From Faecousia sp. (GTDB lineage: Bacteria; Bacillota; Clostridia; Oscillospirales; Oscillospiraceae), in the NCBI GenBank assembly GCA_045654265.1, contig JAZONA010000033.1, positions 3,125-67,124 on the forward strand: a DNA stretch of 64,000 bases. Reading direction: 5' to 3'. Made by a program: the position numbers and the translations under genes. The notes under the pieces were generated by a model that saw only the letters and a program-made list of their open reading frames with translations, was not told the DNA's origin and ran no database searches. This document shows positions 1 to 9,923 of this stretch, piece by piece. Position 1 is the first letter of the stretch. Every line of letters starts with the position of its first letter.

Positions 1-45
1 GCTGAGGCCATCCAATACCGAGCACTAAATATGGGAAATCGGTAG
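1..45 (+). CDS. 3' end of an upstream CDS (partial)
   Basis: Frame 1 is open from base 1 (AEAIQYRALNMGNR) to TAG at 43-45, directly before the RBS (AGGTG) of the next gene. Identity cannot be determined. Confidence 0.45.
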   Translation, partial: AEAIQYRALNMGNR

Positions 46-52
46 GTGACTT

Positions 53-793
53 ATGAACGGAATTTTGTATTTTTCCTCTACCGGAAACAGCTTGTTCGTT
101 GCCCAAATGGCACAAAAGTGCCTTGGTGGACATATTCGGTATATACCCAGCTATAGTGGGGATGGTTCGGAATATGATCAAATCATTTTGGTGAGTCCCA
201 TTTATTCATTTGGTATTCCTGCTCATGTCAGGGAGATTCTTCCCCGGCTTCGTGGGCGAAGGGTGTACATGATCCTGACCTACGGTGGCATGGTGGGCGG
301 CGCAGACCGCCTAGCCTATGAATACGGTGTGGAGTCGGGAATGGATGTTCAGGGTGTTTATACGGTAAAAATGGTGGAAAACTTCACTTTAACCTTTACC
401 ACAGTGCCTGCGCTGAATAAGCTTGCGCTTCGTACTGTTCCCAAGCGAGTAGATGTGATTCTCACATCTATTCAGAAAGGGGAGCGCCATATTCCCAAAT
501 CACAAAAGACCAAACGGCAGGTGTTTGAAACAAACAGTGCCAATTGGCACTTGCTTGCTAATGATTATTCTGTATCTGAGGATTGTGTTCGTTGCGGTAA
601 ATGTGTTGGCGTGTGTCCCAGTGGGAATATTAAATTAACAGATGGCAAGATTCAGTTTGGAGATAGCTGTGTTGCCTGCTTGGGATGCTACCATCGTTGC
701 CCCCAAAAGGCCATTCGATATAAAAATAAAAAGAAGCGTGATCGCTATCTGCACCCGGATGTGAAGGAAACAGATCTGGGCAAGGATGCGTAA
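53..793 (+). CDS. EFR1-family flavodoxin/ferredoxin fusion
   Basis: Flavodoxin-like N-terminus (YFSSTGNS, SPIYSFG) plus two 4Fe-4S motifs (CVRCGKCVGVCP, CVACLGCYHRCP). Confidence 0.88.
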   Translation: MNGILYFSSTGNSLFVAQMAQKCLGGHIRYIPSYSGDGSEYDQIILVSPIYSFGIPAHVREILPRLRGRRVYMILTYGGMVGGADRLAYEYGVESGMDVQGVYTVKMVENFTLTFTTVPALNKLALRTVPKRVDVILTSIQKGERHIPKSQKTKRQVFETNSANWHLLANDYSVSEDCVRCGKCVGVCPSGNIKLTDGKIQFGDSCVACLGCYHRCPQKAIRYKNKKKRDRYLHPDVKETDLGKDA

Positions 794-811
794 TAAAGGA
801 GTTTAGAAGCG

Positions 812-2002
812 ATGAATGAAATTTTTCTGATGAAGCTGGGCGAGATCGTCCTGAAGGGTGCAAACAAGCGCCAGTTTGAGAATAAACTGCGGCAGAATGT
901 CCGCCGTCGTATGAAGCCCTACGGCAATTTCGACGTGTATATTATGCAGTCTACTGTTTATGTTCAGCCTATGGATGAAGAGGCTGACGTAGAGGGCGCA
1001 TGGGAGGCCTGCCACTCCATTTTCGGTGTGGTCAGTCTGTGCCGTTGCCGTCCCTGCGAGAAGAATCTGGATTCTATTTTCAATGCCATTGAGGAGTATC
1101 TGGGCGACGATCTGGACTGTGCCAAGTCCTTCAAGGTGGAATCCAAGCGCTCCGACAAGCGTTTCCCCATGACTTCCATTGCCATTTCCCAGGAAATCGG
1201 CGGCCGTCTGGCAGAGGCGCATCCCACCGTGGAGGTGGACGTGCATCACCCGGATTATACGGTTTATGTTGAGGTTCGTGACCTGGCTGCCTACGTCCAT
1301 GGTCCTGCCGAACCCGGTGCAGGCGGCCTGCCTACCGGTGTTGGCGGACGGGCAATGTGCCTGCTGTCCGGTGGCATCGATTCCCCCGTGGCGGCCTATA
1401 TGATTGCTAAGCGTGGCGTGGAGATCGAGTGCGTTCACTTCTTCTCTTACCCCTATACTTCTCAGCTTGCCAAGGATAAGGTGCTGGAACTGGCACGGCT
1501 GGTTACTCGCTTTGCGGGACGCATGACTGTCAATATCGTGTCCTTCACTCAGATACAGGAAGCTATCCGTGACAATTGCCCGGAGGAGTTTTTCACCCTG
1601 ATCATGCGCCGGTTTATGATGGAAATTTCCCAGCGCATCGCCAAGCAGGACGGCTGTGGCGCTCTGATCACCGGCGAAAATCTGGGTCAGGTGGCATCCC
1701 AGACCATGGAAGCCATGACCGTTACCGGCGCTGTGGTGGATATTCCCGTGTTTATGCCCCTTGTTGGCATGGATAAGGAGGAGATCGTCACCATCGCCCG
1801 GAAGATCGGCACGCTGGATACCTCCATCCTGCCTTATGAGGATTGCTGTACGGTATTTACCCCCAAGCATCCCAAGACCAAGCCTACTCTGGGTCAGGTT
1901 GTCCACGCTGAGCGGAATCTGGATCGGGAAGCCCTGATTCAGGAAGCGCTGGCATCCGTGGAAAAGATTACGGTGAAGTACCATGATGACCCTGTGCTGT
2001 GA
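812..2002 (+). CDS. thiI: tRNA 4-thiouridine synthase ThiI (no rhodanese domain)
   Basis: GEIVLKG N-terminus, THUMP region, PP-loop LLSGGIDSPVA, GENLGQVASQT, EDCC; RBS AAGGAG. Confidence 0.95.
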   Translation: MNEIFLMKLGEIVLKGANKRQFENKLRQNVRRRMKPYGNFDVYIMQSTVYVQPMDEEADVEGAWEACHSIFGVVSLCRCRPCEKNLDSIFNAIEEYLGDDLDCAKSFKVESKRSDKRFPMTSIAISQEIGGRLAEAHPTVEVDVHHPDYTVYVEVRDLAAYVHGPAEPGAGGLPTGVGGRAMCLLSGGIDSPVAAYMIAKRGVEIECVHFFSYPYTSQLAKDKVLELARLVTRFAGRMTVNIVSFTQIQEAIRDNCPEEFFTLIMRRFMMEISQRIAKQDGCGALITGENLGQVASQTMEAMTVTGAVVDIPVFMPLVGMDKEEIVTIARKIGTLDTSILPYEDCCTVFTPKHPKTKPTLGQVVHAERNLDREALIQEALASVEKITVKYHDDPVL

Positions 2003-2447
2003 TGTGCTGAAGGCCCTGGAGGGAAAGACTCTCGCCACAGCTGAAAGCTGTACCGGCGGCGGTATTGGCGCTGCTATCACGGCGGTGCCCGGTGCTTCCA
2101 AGGTGTACAAGGGCGGCGTGATCAGCTACACCGACTGGGTGAAAAATAAGTGCCTCGGTGTGGAGCAGGCGGTGCTGGATAAGTACGGCGCGGTGTCTGC
2201 GCCTGTGGCAGGTAGTATGGCTTCCGGTGTGCGGAATTTGTTGCAAACGGACATTGCCGTGTCCGTCACCGGTTTGGCTGGTCCCGGTGGTGATGACTAT
2301 GGTCATACTGTGGGAACTGTGTGCATCGGCTACGCGGATAAACACCGGACTTTGGCCAAGGAATTCCACTTCTACGGCGACCGGGAGGATGTACGGAATG
2401 CTGCGATTCGTGCGGCATTGGAACTGATTTTAGAGGCTGTACAGTGA
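1983..2447 (+). CDS. CinA C-terminal-domain protein / NMN deamidase (PncC-like)
   Basis: ATAESCTGG, GAVS and SVTGLAGPGG motifs. Confidence 0.9.
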   Translation: MMTLCCDVLKALEGKTLATAESCTGGGIGAAITAVPGASKVYKGGVISYTDWVKNKCLGVEQAVLDKYGAVSAPVAGSMASGVRNLLQTDIAVSVTGLAGPGGDDYGHTVGTVCIGYADKHRTLAKEFHFYGDREDVRNAAIRAALELILEAVQ

Positions 2448-2857
2448 ATAAGTTACGTAAATTTATACAGAAACATTATGATGTACTTGCATATCTTTTC
2501 TTCGGCGGATTGACTACAGTTGTGGATTTTCTGGTGTCGGAGCTGTGTCACTATGTGTTCCATTTGTCCGGCTCTGTGAGCACCATCATTGCATGGGCTG
2601 CGGCAGTGATCTTCGCCTATCTGACCAATAAGCCTTTTGTGTTCGGCAGTCATGATTGGTCGCTGAAGGTGGTAGCTCCGGAATTCGGCAAATTCCTCGG
2701 TAGCCGTGTGGTTTCCGGTGTGCTGGTCACGCTGGCAATCTCCCTTACTGTCGATATCCTCGGTTGGAATTTTACCTTAATGAAAATCATCACTAGTATC
2801 GCAAACATCATCCTTAACTATATCGCCAGTAAGTTGCTGGTTTTTAAGAAAAAGTGA
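2444..2857 (+). CDS. GtrA-family membrane protein
   Basis: YLFFGGLTT, FAYLTNKPFVF, NYIASKLLVF; four hydrophobic segments. Confidence 0.88.
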   Translation: MNKLRKFIQKHYDVLAYLFFGGLTTVVDFLVSELCHYVFHLSGSVSTIIAWAAAVIFAYLTNKPFVFGSHDWSLKVVAPEFGKFLGSRVVSGVLVTLAISLTVDILGWNFTLMKIITSIANIILNYIASKLLVFKKK

Positions 2858-2859
2858 GT

Positions 2860-2891
2860 AAAACAGCCCGGATTTCCGGGCTGTTTTTTTA
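2860..2891 (+). terminator. Intrinsic terminator
   Basis: AAAACAGCCCGG-loop-CCGGGCTGTTTT followed by a T run. Confidence 0.85.
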
Positions 2892-2962
2892 CAAAAAGTT
2901 TTCGACAATTCTTTGTTTTTATGCTACAATAGTATAAATTACGACATAATGGGGTGCAAACC

Positions 2963-3664
2963 ATGGCTTTTGTAGAATTTGAAAATGTGGGCAAGACCTA
3001 TAAGATGGGCGAGGTGTCTATCCATGCTCTCCACGATGCTTCTTTTTCTGTGGAAAAGGGGGAGCTGGTGGTCATCGTTGGCCCTTCCGGTGCCGGTAAG
3101 ACCACCCTTTTGAATATTCTCGGCGGCATGGACACCCTGACCAAAGGCAAGGTCTGGCTGGATGGGCAGGAGATTTCCGCCTTGAATAAGCGTCAGCTCA
3201 CTAACTACCGGCGCAACGCTGTGGGCTTTGTGTTCCAGTTTTACAATCTTGTAGGCAACCTTACCGCATTGGAAAATGTGGAACTGGCCAACCAGATTTG
3301 CAAGGAACCCCTGGATGCCCAGCAGGTTTTGAAGAATGTGGGTTTGGAGAACCGCATGAAAAACTTCCCCAGTCAGCTTTCCGGTGGTGAGCAGCAGCGG
3401 GTGGCCATCGCCCGTGCTTTGGCGAAGAATCCCAAGCTGCTGCTGTGCGATGAGCCTACCGGTGCATTGGATTATCAGACCGGTAAGGCTATTTTGAAGC
3501 TTTTACAGGACACCGGTCGCAAAACCGGAATGACTGTGGTCATCATTACCCACAACAGCGCCCTGACGGCGATGGCCGACCGGGTGATTCGGGTAAAAAA
3601 CGGAACGGTGGACTCAGTGACCATCAATGAAAAACCTCAGGATGTATCGGAGATCGAGTGGTAA
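2963..3664 (+). CDS. ABC transporter ATP-binding protein (LolD/MacB type)
   Basis: Walker A GPSGAGKT, signature LSGGEQQRV, Walker [10 protein letters not shown]. Confidence 0.95.
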   Translation: MAFVEFENVGKTYKMGEVSIHALHDASFSVEKGELVVIVGPSGAGKTTLLNILGGMDTLTKGKVWLDGQEISALNKRQLTNYRRNAVGFVFQFYNLVGNLTALENVELANQICKEPLDAQQVLKNVGLENRMKNFPSQLSGGEQQRVAIARALAKNPKLLLCDEPTGALDYQTGKAILKLLQDTGRKTGMTVVIITHNSALTAMADRVIRVKNGTVDSVTINEKPQDVSEIEW

Positions 3665-6600
3665 TGAAAAACGCAATGGGTAAAAATACCTGGCGCACCA
3701 TTGTCAGATCCCTCGGGCGGTATATTGCGATTGTAGCGATTATCGCTTTGGGCGCAGGTATGTTTGTGGGTCTAAACACCACAAAATCGGATATGCTGGC
3801 AACTGCCCAGAAATACACCGATGAACAGAATATGTTTGACCTGCGCCTGCTCAGCACCTATGGCTGGTCAAAAGATGATGTGTCGAAAATTGCCGCTATG
3901 GATGGGGTTCAGGATGCGGAAGGCGGAATATCTCTGGACGTGATCGCCATAGCCGGGAAGAAGGAAGAGGAATCTGTATATCGGTTCCACGCAATCCCGG
4001 AGCGGATCAACAAGGTACACCTTTTGGGTGGACGTATGCCCCAAAGTGCGGATGAGTGTTTGGTGGATGGTCATCATGTAGACGATTCGGTTTTGGGAGA
4101 TATATTGCGCATTGCCGACACCAATGAGCAGGATACCCTGGATAGCCTGAATGTCCGGGAGTTTACTGTGGTTGGCTACGTCAGCACGCCGCTGTACATG
4201 GATATGTCCCGGGGTACTACGTCGCTTGGTAACGGAAGCCTTGCCAGCTATGTGTACATTCCGGAGGAGGCGTTCTGTGTGGATTACTACACAGAAATTG
4301 GTCTGACCATAGAGGGCCAGTTTGAAAATTATTCTCAGGCGTTTACAGATGCGATGGAAGCCATGTCGGACCGCTTGAAGCCTGATGTACAGGTGGTTGC
4401 CCAAGATCGGTACAATTTCCTGAAAACAGATGGGGAAAAGCAGTACGCAGACGGCCTAAAGGAGTATGAGGACGGGCTTGCAGAGTATGAATCCGCCAAG
4501 CAGGAGGCTTTTGATAAGCTGGAATCTGCCCTGAAAGAAATTCAGGATGGCCAGGCTGAGATCGACAAGAACTGGCAAACAATTCTGGATGGTGAAGCGC
4601 AGATTGCCGATGCACAGAAGACCCTGGATGATACAGCTGCGATGCTTGCGAAATCTCGTCAGGAACTGGCGGACGAGAAGGCAAAGGCGTACGCCCAGCT
4701 GGCGGAAGCACAGTCGGAGCTGATGAAAAACTACAAGGCAGCTACGGATGGCCTGCATCAGATTCAGGACGGACTGGGGCAAATCGATGATGGAATTGCA
4801 CAACTGGAAAAAGGCTTAACGGAAATTGAATCCGGCATCAGTCAAATTGATTTGCTACTTGGCCTTGCGCAGCCTGCCATGAATCTGACTAAGCAACTTT
4901 TGGATGTGGTGAAGCAAATTCCGGGCGGCTCCCCAGCTTATATTGCTCAATTAGAGGAGCGCCTGGCTTCTCAAAAGGCTCAGATTGCAGAATACTCCGC
5001 ACAAAAGGAGGAACTTCTGCAAACCCAAGAGAATTGCAAAACACAGCTTTCGGAGTTAACGAGTCAAAAAGCGGACCTGCTGGCTACGGAGCAAGAATTG
5101 ACTGACGGTCTTGGGAAAATTGAGGATGGCATGCGGGAACTGGAAAGCAGTCAGCTCCAGGTAGAAAATCAATTTGCCGCCGCTGAGGCAGAGCTGGAAT
5201 CTGCGCAGATCCAATGGGAGGCAGGGCAAGAAGAGCTGGATGCCAAAAAGCAGGAACTGGCAGAGGGGCGCAGCGAATTGGAAGCAGCCCAGGCAGAATT
5301 GGATGCCGGTTTTGCGGAGTATAAGCAAGGGAAAGCAGATGCTGAGGCGGAGTTTGCCAAGGCTGAAGCAGAGCTTCTGGATGCCAAGAAAAAGCTGGAC
5401 GATGCCCGAAGTGAGTTGGATTCCATGACCGATCCGGAGGTGTATCTGCTGGATCGGAATACCAATCCGGGATACCTTGCGGTGAATAACAATTCAGATA
5501 TTGTGGCAGGTGTATCCAGGGTGTTTCCTGCGTTCTTCCTGCTGGTAGCGGCACTGGTTTGCATTACGACTCTCGGTCGCATGGTGGATGACGAGCGTAC
5601 CCAGATCGGTGTCATGAAAGCATTGGGATATAAAAACGGTGCGATTATCGGCAAGTATATGTGGTACACCGGCTCTGCTGCTGTTATTGGTTGCGGTATG
5701 GGCGTGTTGGTTGGCAGTATTGTGTTTCCGTTGATTTTATGGAAAGCCTATGGCCTAATTTTGAACCTGACCCCAAAGCTTGTGCTTGGTATCAATTGGC
5801 CGCTGTGCCTGATCGTTGTTGCTGCGTATACGTTGGTTTCTATGCTGGTGACATGGTATTGCTGCCGCAGAGAGCTAAAGGAAGTGCCTGCGGAGCTGAT
5901 TCGCCCCAAAGCACCGACTCCGGGCAAGAAAATACTTCTAGAATATTTGCCTTTCTGGAATAAAATCGGCTTTTTAAATAAGGTAATGTTCCGAAATGTG
6001 TTCCGTTATCGTCAGCGGTTGTTGATGATGCTTGTGGGAATTTGTGGCTGTACAGCCCTGCTTTTGACTGGTTTTGGCCTGCGGGATTCTATTGTGGACA
6101 TCGTTGCAGTGCAGTATGACGAGGTCACTAAGCAGGATATTGAGGTGTATTTTTCCAAAAATCAACTTCCGGAGGATCAAGAATATTTCCGGGAGGCACT
6201 GAAAAAGCAGGCTGATACGATTCTGTTTTATCATCAGTCCAGCGTGACGCTTGTTACCGAAAATGGTAATCAGGATATTAACATGATTAGTGCCGATGAT
6301 GGTTTCAGGGATTTTGTGGACATGCATAAAGGCGATCATGACCTTGGAATGCCCCGTGTTGGTGAAACCTATCTGTCCATTGGTGTGGCAGAAAAATTAG
6401 GGCTTCGTGAGGGAGATTCAGTTGTTCTTCGAAGTTCTGATATGCAGGAACTGCATGTTAAAGTTGGAGCGATTTTTGATAATCATGTGCATAATTATGC
6501 GATTGTTCGTCCAGAAACCATTCAGGATCAGTGGGGATATGCGCCGAAGATCTCCATGGCTTTTGTAAATGTCCGGGAGGGGCAGGATGCGCATATGACG

Positions 6601-7089
6601 GCTGCTCGAATTTCGGAGCAGAATTATGTGATGAATGTGACGGTCTGTCAGGATGTTGCGGATCAGGTGGGTGCTATGCTGAAGGCACTGGACTTGGTGG
6701 TGATCACTGTAGTGGTCTGTGCTGGTTTGCTGGCGATAATCGTGCTGTATAACCTGACCAATATCAGTATTACAGAGCGAGCCCGTGAGATTGCTACCAT
6801 AAAGGTCCTGGGATTCAATTCCCGGGAAACTGCAGCTTATGTGTTCAAAGAAAATCTTTTGCTGACCGCAATGGGCGCAGTTATTGGCATCGGTGGCGGT
6901 ATTTTGCTGCTGCGCTTCGTCATGAGTCAGATCAAGATTGATATGGTCTGGTTTACGGCAAGATTGTCCGTTCCTTCGTATATTTTAGGCGTGTTGCTGA
7001 CGCTGCTGTCGGCTGTGTTTGTGGATTTCTTGCTGTATTTCAAGCTGGAAAAGATCAATATGGCAGAGGCGCTGAAATCTGTTGAATAA
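3664..7089 (+). CDS. FtsX-like ABC permease with a long coiled-coil ectodomain
   Basis: Two FtsX-type TM blocks (IGVMKALGY, IATIKVLGF) and a long heptad-rich E/A/Q/L region; start overlaps the ATPase stop codon. Confidence 0.9.
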   Translation: MKNAMGKNTWRTIVRSLGRYIAIVAIIALGAGMFVGLNTTKSDMLATAQKYTDEQNMFDLRLLSTYGWSKDDVSKIAAMDGVQDAEGGISLDVIAIAGKKEEESVYRFHAIPERINKVHLLGGRMPQSADECLVDGHHVDDSVLGDILRIADTNEQDTLDSLNVREFTVVGYVSTPLYMDMSRGTTSLGNGSLASYVYIPEEAFCVDYYTEIGLTIEGQFENYSQAFTDAMEAMSDRLKPDVQVVAQDRYNFLKTDGEKQYADGLKEYEDGLAEYESAKQEAFDKLESALKEIQDGQAEIDKNWQTILDGEAQIADAQKTLDDTAAMLAKSRQELADEKAKAYAQLAEAQSELMKNYKAATDGLHQIQDGLGQIDDGIAQLEKGLTEIESGISQIDLLLGLAQPAMNLTKQLLDVVKQIPGGSPAYIAQLEERLASQKAQIAEYSAQKEELLQTQENCKTQLSELTSQKADLLATEQELTDGLGKIEDGMRELESSQLQVENQFAAAEAELESAQIQWEAGQEELDAKKQELAEGRSELEAAQAELDAGFAEYKQGKADAEAEFAKAEAELLDAKKKLDDARSELDSMTDPEVYLLDRNTNPGYLAVNNNSDIVAGVSRVFPAFFLLVAALVCITTLGRMVDDERTQIGVMKALGYKNGAIIGKYMWYTGSAAVIGCGMGVLVGSIVFPLILWKAYGLILNLTPKLVLGINWPLCLIVVAAYTLVSMLVTWYCCRRELKEVPAELIRPKAPTPGKKILLEYLPFWNKIGFLNKVMFRNVFRYRQRLLMMLVGICGCTALLLTGFGLRDSIVDIVAVQYDEVTKQDIEVYFSKNQLPEDQEYFREALKKQADTILFYHQSSVTLVTENGNQDINMISADDGFRDFVDMHKGDHDLGMPRVGETYLSIGVAEKLGLREGDSVVLRSSDMQELHVKVGAIFDNHVHNYAIVRPETIQDQWGYAPKISMAFVNVREGQDAHMTAARISEQNYVMNVTVCQDVADQVGAMLKALDLVVITVVVCAGLLAIIVLYNLTNISITERAREIATIKVLGFNSRETAAYVFKENLLLTAMGAVIGIGGGILLLRFVMSQIKIDMVWFTARLSVPSYILGVLLTLLSAVFVDFLLYFKLEKINMAEALKSVE

Positions 7090-7092
7090 GAT

Positions 7093-7130
7093 AAAAAAGT
7101 TCCCGAAACTTATGTTTCGGGAACTTTTTT
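7093..7130. terminator. Bidirectional intrinsic terminator
   Basis: AAAAAAGTTCCCGAAAC-loop-GTTTCGGGAACTTTTTT between convergent genes. Confidence 0.9.
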
Positions 7131-7557
7131 ACAATATTGTTTTTAGAAAATGTATTGCTTGCCTGTAGCCGTCCAGTCCTTGCCCTTTGATGGTTTTCAC
7201 GCATGCCAAGCCTGCATAGGACATCTGCCGAAAATCCTCACGGGCATCTACATCGGAGATATGAACCTCGACTGTGGGAATGCCCACGGATTTCAAGGCA
7301 TCCAGGATGGCGATGCTGGTGTGAGTATAGGCGGCGGGGTTGATGACAATGCCGTCAAAAACCCCATAAGCCTCCTGGATTTTGTCCACAAGGGCCCCTT
7401 CGTGATTGGATTGAAACTGCTCTACAGCAACGCCTTCTTCCAATGCAGTTTGCTCCAACAGTGCAAGCAGGTCTGCAAAGGTCTGCCTGCCGTAAATTTT
7501 CGGTTCCCGGGTGCCCAGCATATTGATATTCGGGCCGTTGATCACAAGAATTTTCAT
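7129..7557 (-). CDS. aroQ: Type II 3-dehydroquinate dehydratase
   Basis: INGPNINMLG.REP.IYG, QSNHEG, NPAAYTHTS, EVHISD. Confidence 0.95.
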   Translation of the reverse strand: MKILVINGPNINMLGTREPKIYGRQTFADLLALLEQTALEEGVAVEQFQSNHEGALVDKIQEAYGVFDGIVINPAAYTHTSIAILDALKSVGIPTVEVHISDVDAREDFRQMSYAGLACVKTIKGQGLDGYRQAIHFLKTIL

Positions 7558-8783
7558 AGGCTTTCCTCCATTAAAGAGAGTATCTTGGCAATGGTTTCTG
7601 CCGGTGTGCCGTCATTTTCAATGGCGAAATCAGAAAAGGCTTCGTACATGGGTTTTCGCTGATTGTATAGTGTGCGCAGATTGTTGGACTGAGATAGGGG
7701 ACGTCCATCTGTGGGTAGGGTATCGACATTTCTGCGTATCCATATTATCTTGCCGTTTTGGTGTAAAGCGTTGTAGTTGATATTACGGGTGACGCATCCA
7801 CCGCCGGTGGCGATGATCTGACCGGAGTCTTTCCCTAATTCGTGAAGCACTTCTGTTTCCATTTCCCGAAATCGCGCCTCGCCCAAATTTGTGAAAATGC
7901 TGGGAATGTCCATGCCGGCTGCTTCTTCGATTTTGGTATCAGCGTCCACAAAGGGACGGTTTAATACATCGGCCAATAATTTACCAATGGTGGATTTTCC
8001 GCATCCAGGCATGCCGATCAGAATAATATTTTCTGTTTCCGCCTGCAATTTGCGGTAAATGGCATCGATTTTGCTGTCGTTGATTCCTGAGCCGGTAAAC
8101 CACTCAGCACTTTCTTTTGCCTGAGCTACCAGCATCAGCAGACCATTCATGGTGGGAATGCCCCTTTTTTCTGCATCCAGCAGAAGCTGCGTCCGGGCTG
8201 GATTGAAAATAATGTCCAGCACACATTCCAAATGAGGGAAGACGGACAGATCGACCGGAGAAATCCCCACATTCGGATACATACCCACCGGGGTGGTGTT
8301 GACCAGGATTACTGCATCCAGGTGCAAATGCAGGTTATTGTAGTTGTTTTCGCCGGTTCTGGAAATGACCACTACATGGGCGCCCATTTCCTCCAGAACC
8401 GCAACTACGGTGTTGGATGCACCACCGCTGCCCAGCACCAGTGCTTTTTTGCCACGGGGATCGATGCCACTGCGGATCACCATCGTTTTAAAACCAAAGT
8501 AATCGGTGTTATGACCAATCAGCCGACCATCCTCTTTGCGTACAATTGTGTTCACGGACCCTAGTTTCTCGGCGATGGGGGAAAGTTCGGATAAGTATGG
8601 AATTACTGCCTTTTTGTAGGGAATCGTCACGTTGATTCCGGAAAAATCTGCTGTTTTCAGAAAGTTTTCCAGATTTGTCTTTTCTACTTCGTAAAGGCTA
8701 TAGCTGTAATCAGCTAAGACGCAATGAATCTGAGGCGAGTAGCTGTGCCCCAGCTTTTCGCCAAGCAAACCGCATTTCATCAT
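7554..8783 (-). CDS. aroE/aroK: Shikimate dehydrogenase-shikimate kinase fusion
   Basis: N-half HSYSP, NVTIPYK, NTDYFG, GSGGAS; C-half IGMPGCGKST, ATGGG, DGRPL. Start moved to the ATG overlapping the pheA stop. Confidence 0.93.
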   Translation of the reverse strand: MMKCGLLGEKLGHSYSPQIHCVLADYSYSLYEVEKTNLENFLKTADFSGINVTIPYKKAVIPYLSELSPIAEKLGSVNTIVRKEDGRLIGHNTDYFGFKTMVIRSGIDPRGKKALVLGSGGASNTVVAVLEEMGAHVVVISRTGENNYNNLHLHLDAVILVNTTPVGMYPNVGISPVDLSVFPHLECVLDIIFNPARTQLLLDAEKRGIPTMNGLLMLVAQAKESAEWFTGSGINDSKIDAIYRKLQAETENIILIGMPGCGKSTIGKLLADVLNRPFVDADTKIEEAAGMDIPSIFTNLGEARFREMETEVLHELGKDSGQIIATGGGCVTRNINYNALHQNGKIIWIRRNVDTLPTDGRPLSQSNNLRTLYNQRKPMYEAFSDFAIENDGTPAETIAKILSLMEESL

Positions 8784-9922
8784 ACAACCTCGCTGTAACT
8801 GCCCAGATACTTGAACTCCTCGCACAGATCGTCCAGTTCACACATGAGCTGCACAAATTCTTCGGAGTAAATGGAGGTTTCCAAGTCAAAATAGAACATG
8901 AATTCAAACTCCCGATCGGGAATCGGGCGAGATTCCAGCTTGGTCACATTGATACCAAGGGTGTAAAGCCGTGCCAGCACCCGATACAGAGAGCCGGGAC
9001 GGTGGGGCAGTACCATCATGATGCTGGTCTTATCGGAGCCGGGATAGACTTGCAGATCCTTGCTGATGCAGATGAAACGGGTGTGATTGTTTCCTTTGTC
9101 CTGCACGGAAGCTGCCAGACAAGTAAGACTGTAAAGCTCTGCGCAACCGCGACTGCTGAGTGCTGCACAGTCGGTGCGTCCGGATTCTGCTACCATCTTT
9201 GCCGCTACGGCAGTGTTCTCTACGGGGATCACTTTCACGCCGGAAAGGGTACTCAAGAATCCGCTGCACTGGCTGATTGCCTGCTCGTGGGAGTATATCT
9301 CCTTGATGTCCGAAAGTTTTGCACCACGGCTTGCCAGCAGATTGTGGTCGACCTTCATGCGGAAGGTGCGGACGATGGAGAAATTGTGCTTGATCATCAG
9401 GTCATATACCTTGTTCACAGAGCCTGCAGTGGAGTTTTCGATGGGCAGAATACCGTACTGACACAAGCCCTGCTCGATGGCTGTAAAAACTCCTTCAAAG
9501 TTCTTGAAATACATGATAAAAGGACTTTTAAAGATCTTTTCACAAGCAATTTGTGCATATGCACCTTCTACACCCTGACATGCTACCATAGGATTCTGGG
9601 GGAAGAGCTTGGGGGTGGAATCAATGGCTTCCATGATTTGACCGTGAAGCTGGGTGTGGGTTAGATTGCATTTACTTTGGTAGCCCCGGCTCAGCTCAAA
9701 CAGAAGGGAGTATAGAACTCTGGCATAGCCGCCCATCTCAGGGCCAGCCTGCTCGGCTACCTTTGCAAGAATTTCCCGTTCTCGTGCAGGTACCAAAATG
9801 GGGAGATTATGCTCCTTTTTGTATGACGCAACCTGGGCGGACAATTTCATCCGCTGTGTAAAAAGATCAACAAGTTGGGCGTCAATTTGATCGATTTGGG
9901 GGCGAATTTGAGAAAGATCCAT
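8780..9922 (-). CDS. pheA: Chorismate mutase / prephenate dehydratase
   Basis: AroQ-type CM N-terminus (IDQID...RE.EIL), PIENSTAG, SHEQAISQC, TRF, ACT domain with ESRP. Confidence 0.93.
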   Translation of the reverse strand: MDLSQIRPQIDQIDAQLVDLFTQRMKLSAQVASYKKEHNLPILVPAREREILAKVAEQAGPEMGGYARVLYSLLFELSRGYQSKCNLTHTQLHGQIMEAIDSTPKLFPQNPMVACQGVEGAYAQIACEKIFKSPFIMYFKNFEGVFTAIEQGLCQYGILPIENSTAGSVNKVYDLMIKHNFSIVRTFRMKVDHNLLASRGAKLSDIKEIYSHEQAISQCSGFLSTLSGVKVIPVENTAVAAKMVAESGRTDCAALSSRGCAELYSLTCLAASVQDKGNNHTRFICISKDLQVYPGSDKTSIMMVLPHRPGSLYRVLARLYTLGINVTKLESRPIPDREFEFMFYFDLETSIYSEEFVQLMCELDDLCEEFKYLGSYSEVV

Positions 9923-9923
9923 A

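Noticed and set aside
4400-5430. Repetitive region in the permease as a mobile or repeat element
   Set aside because: It is an in-frame coiled-coil ectodomain typical of this FtsX-like permease family.
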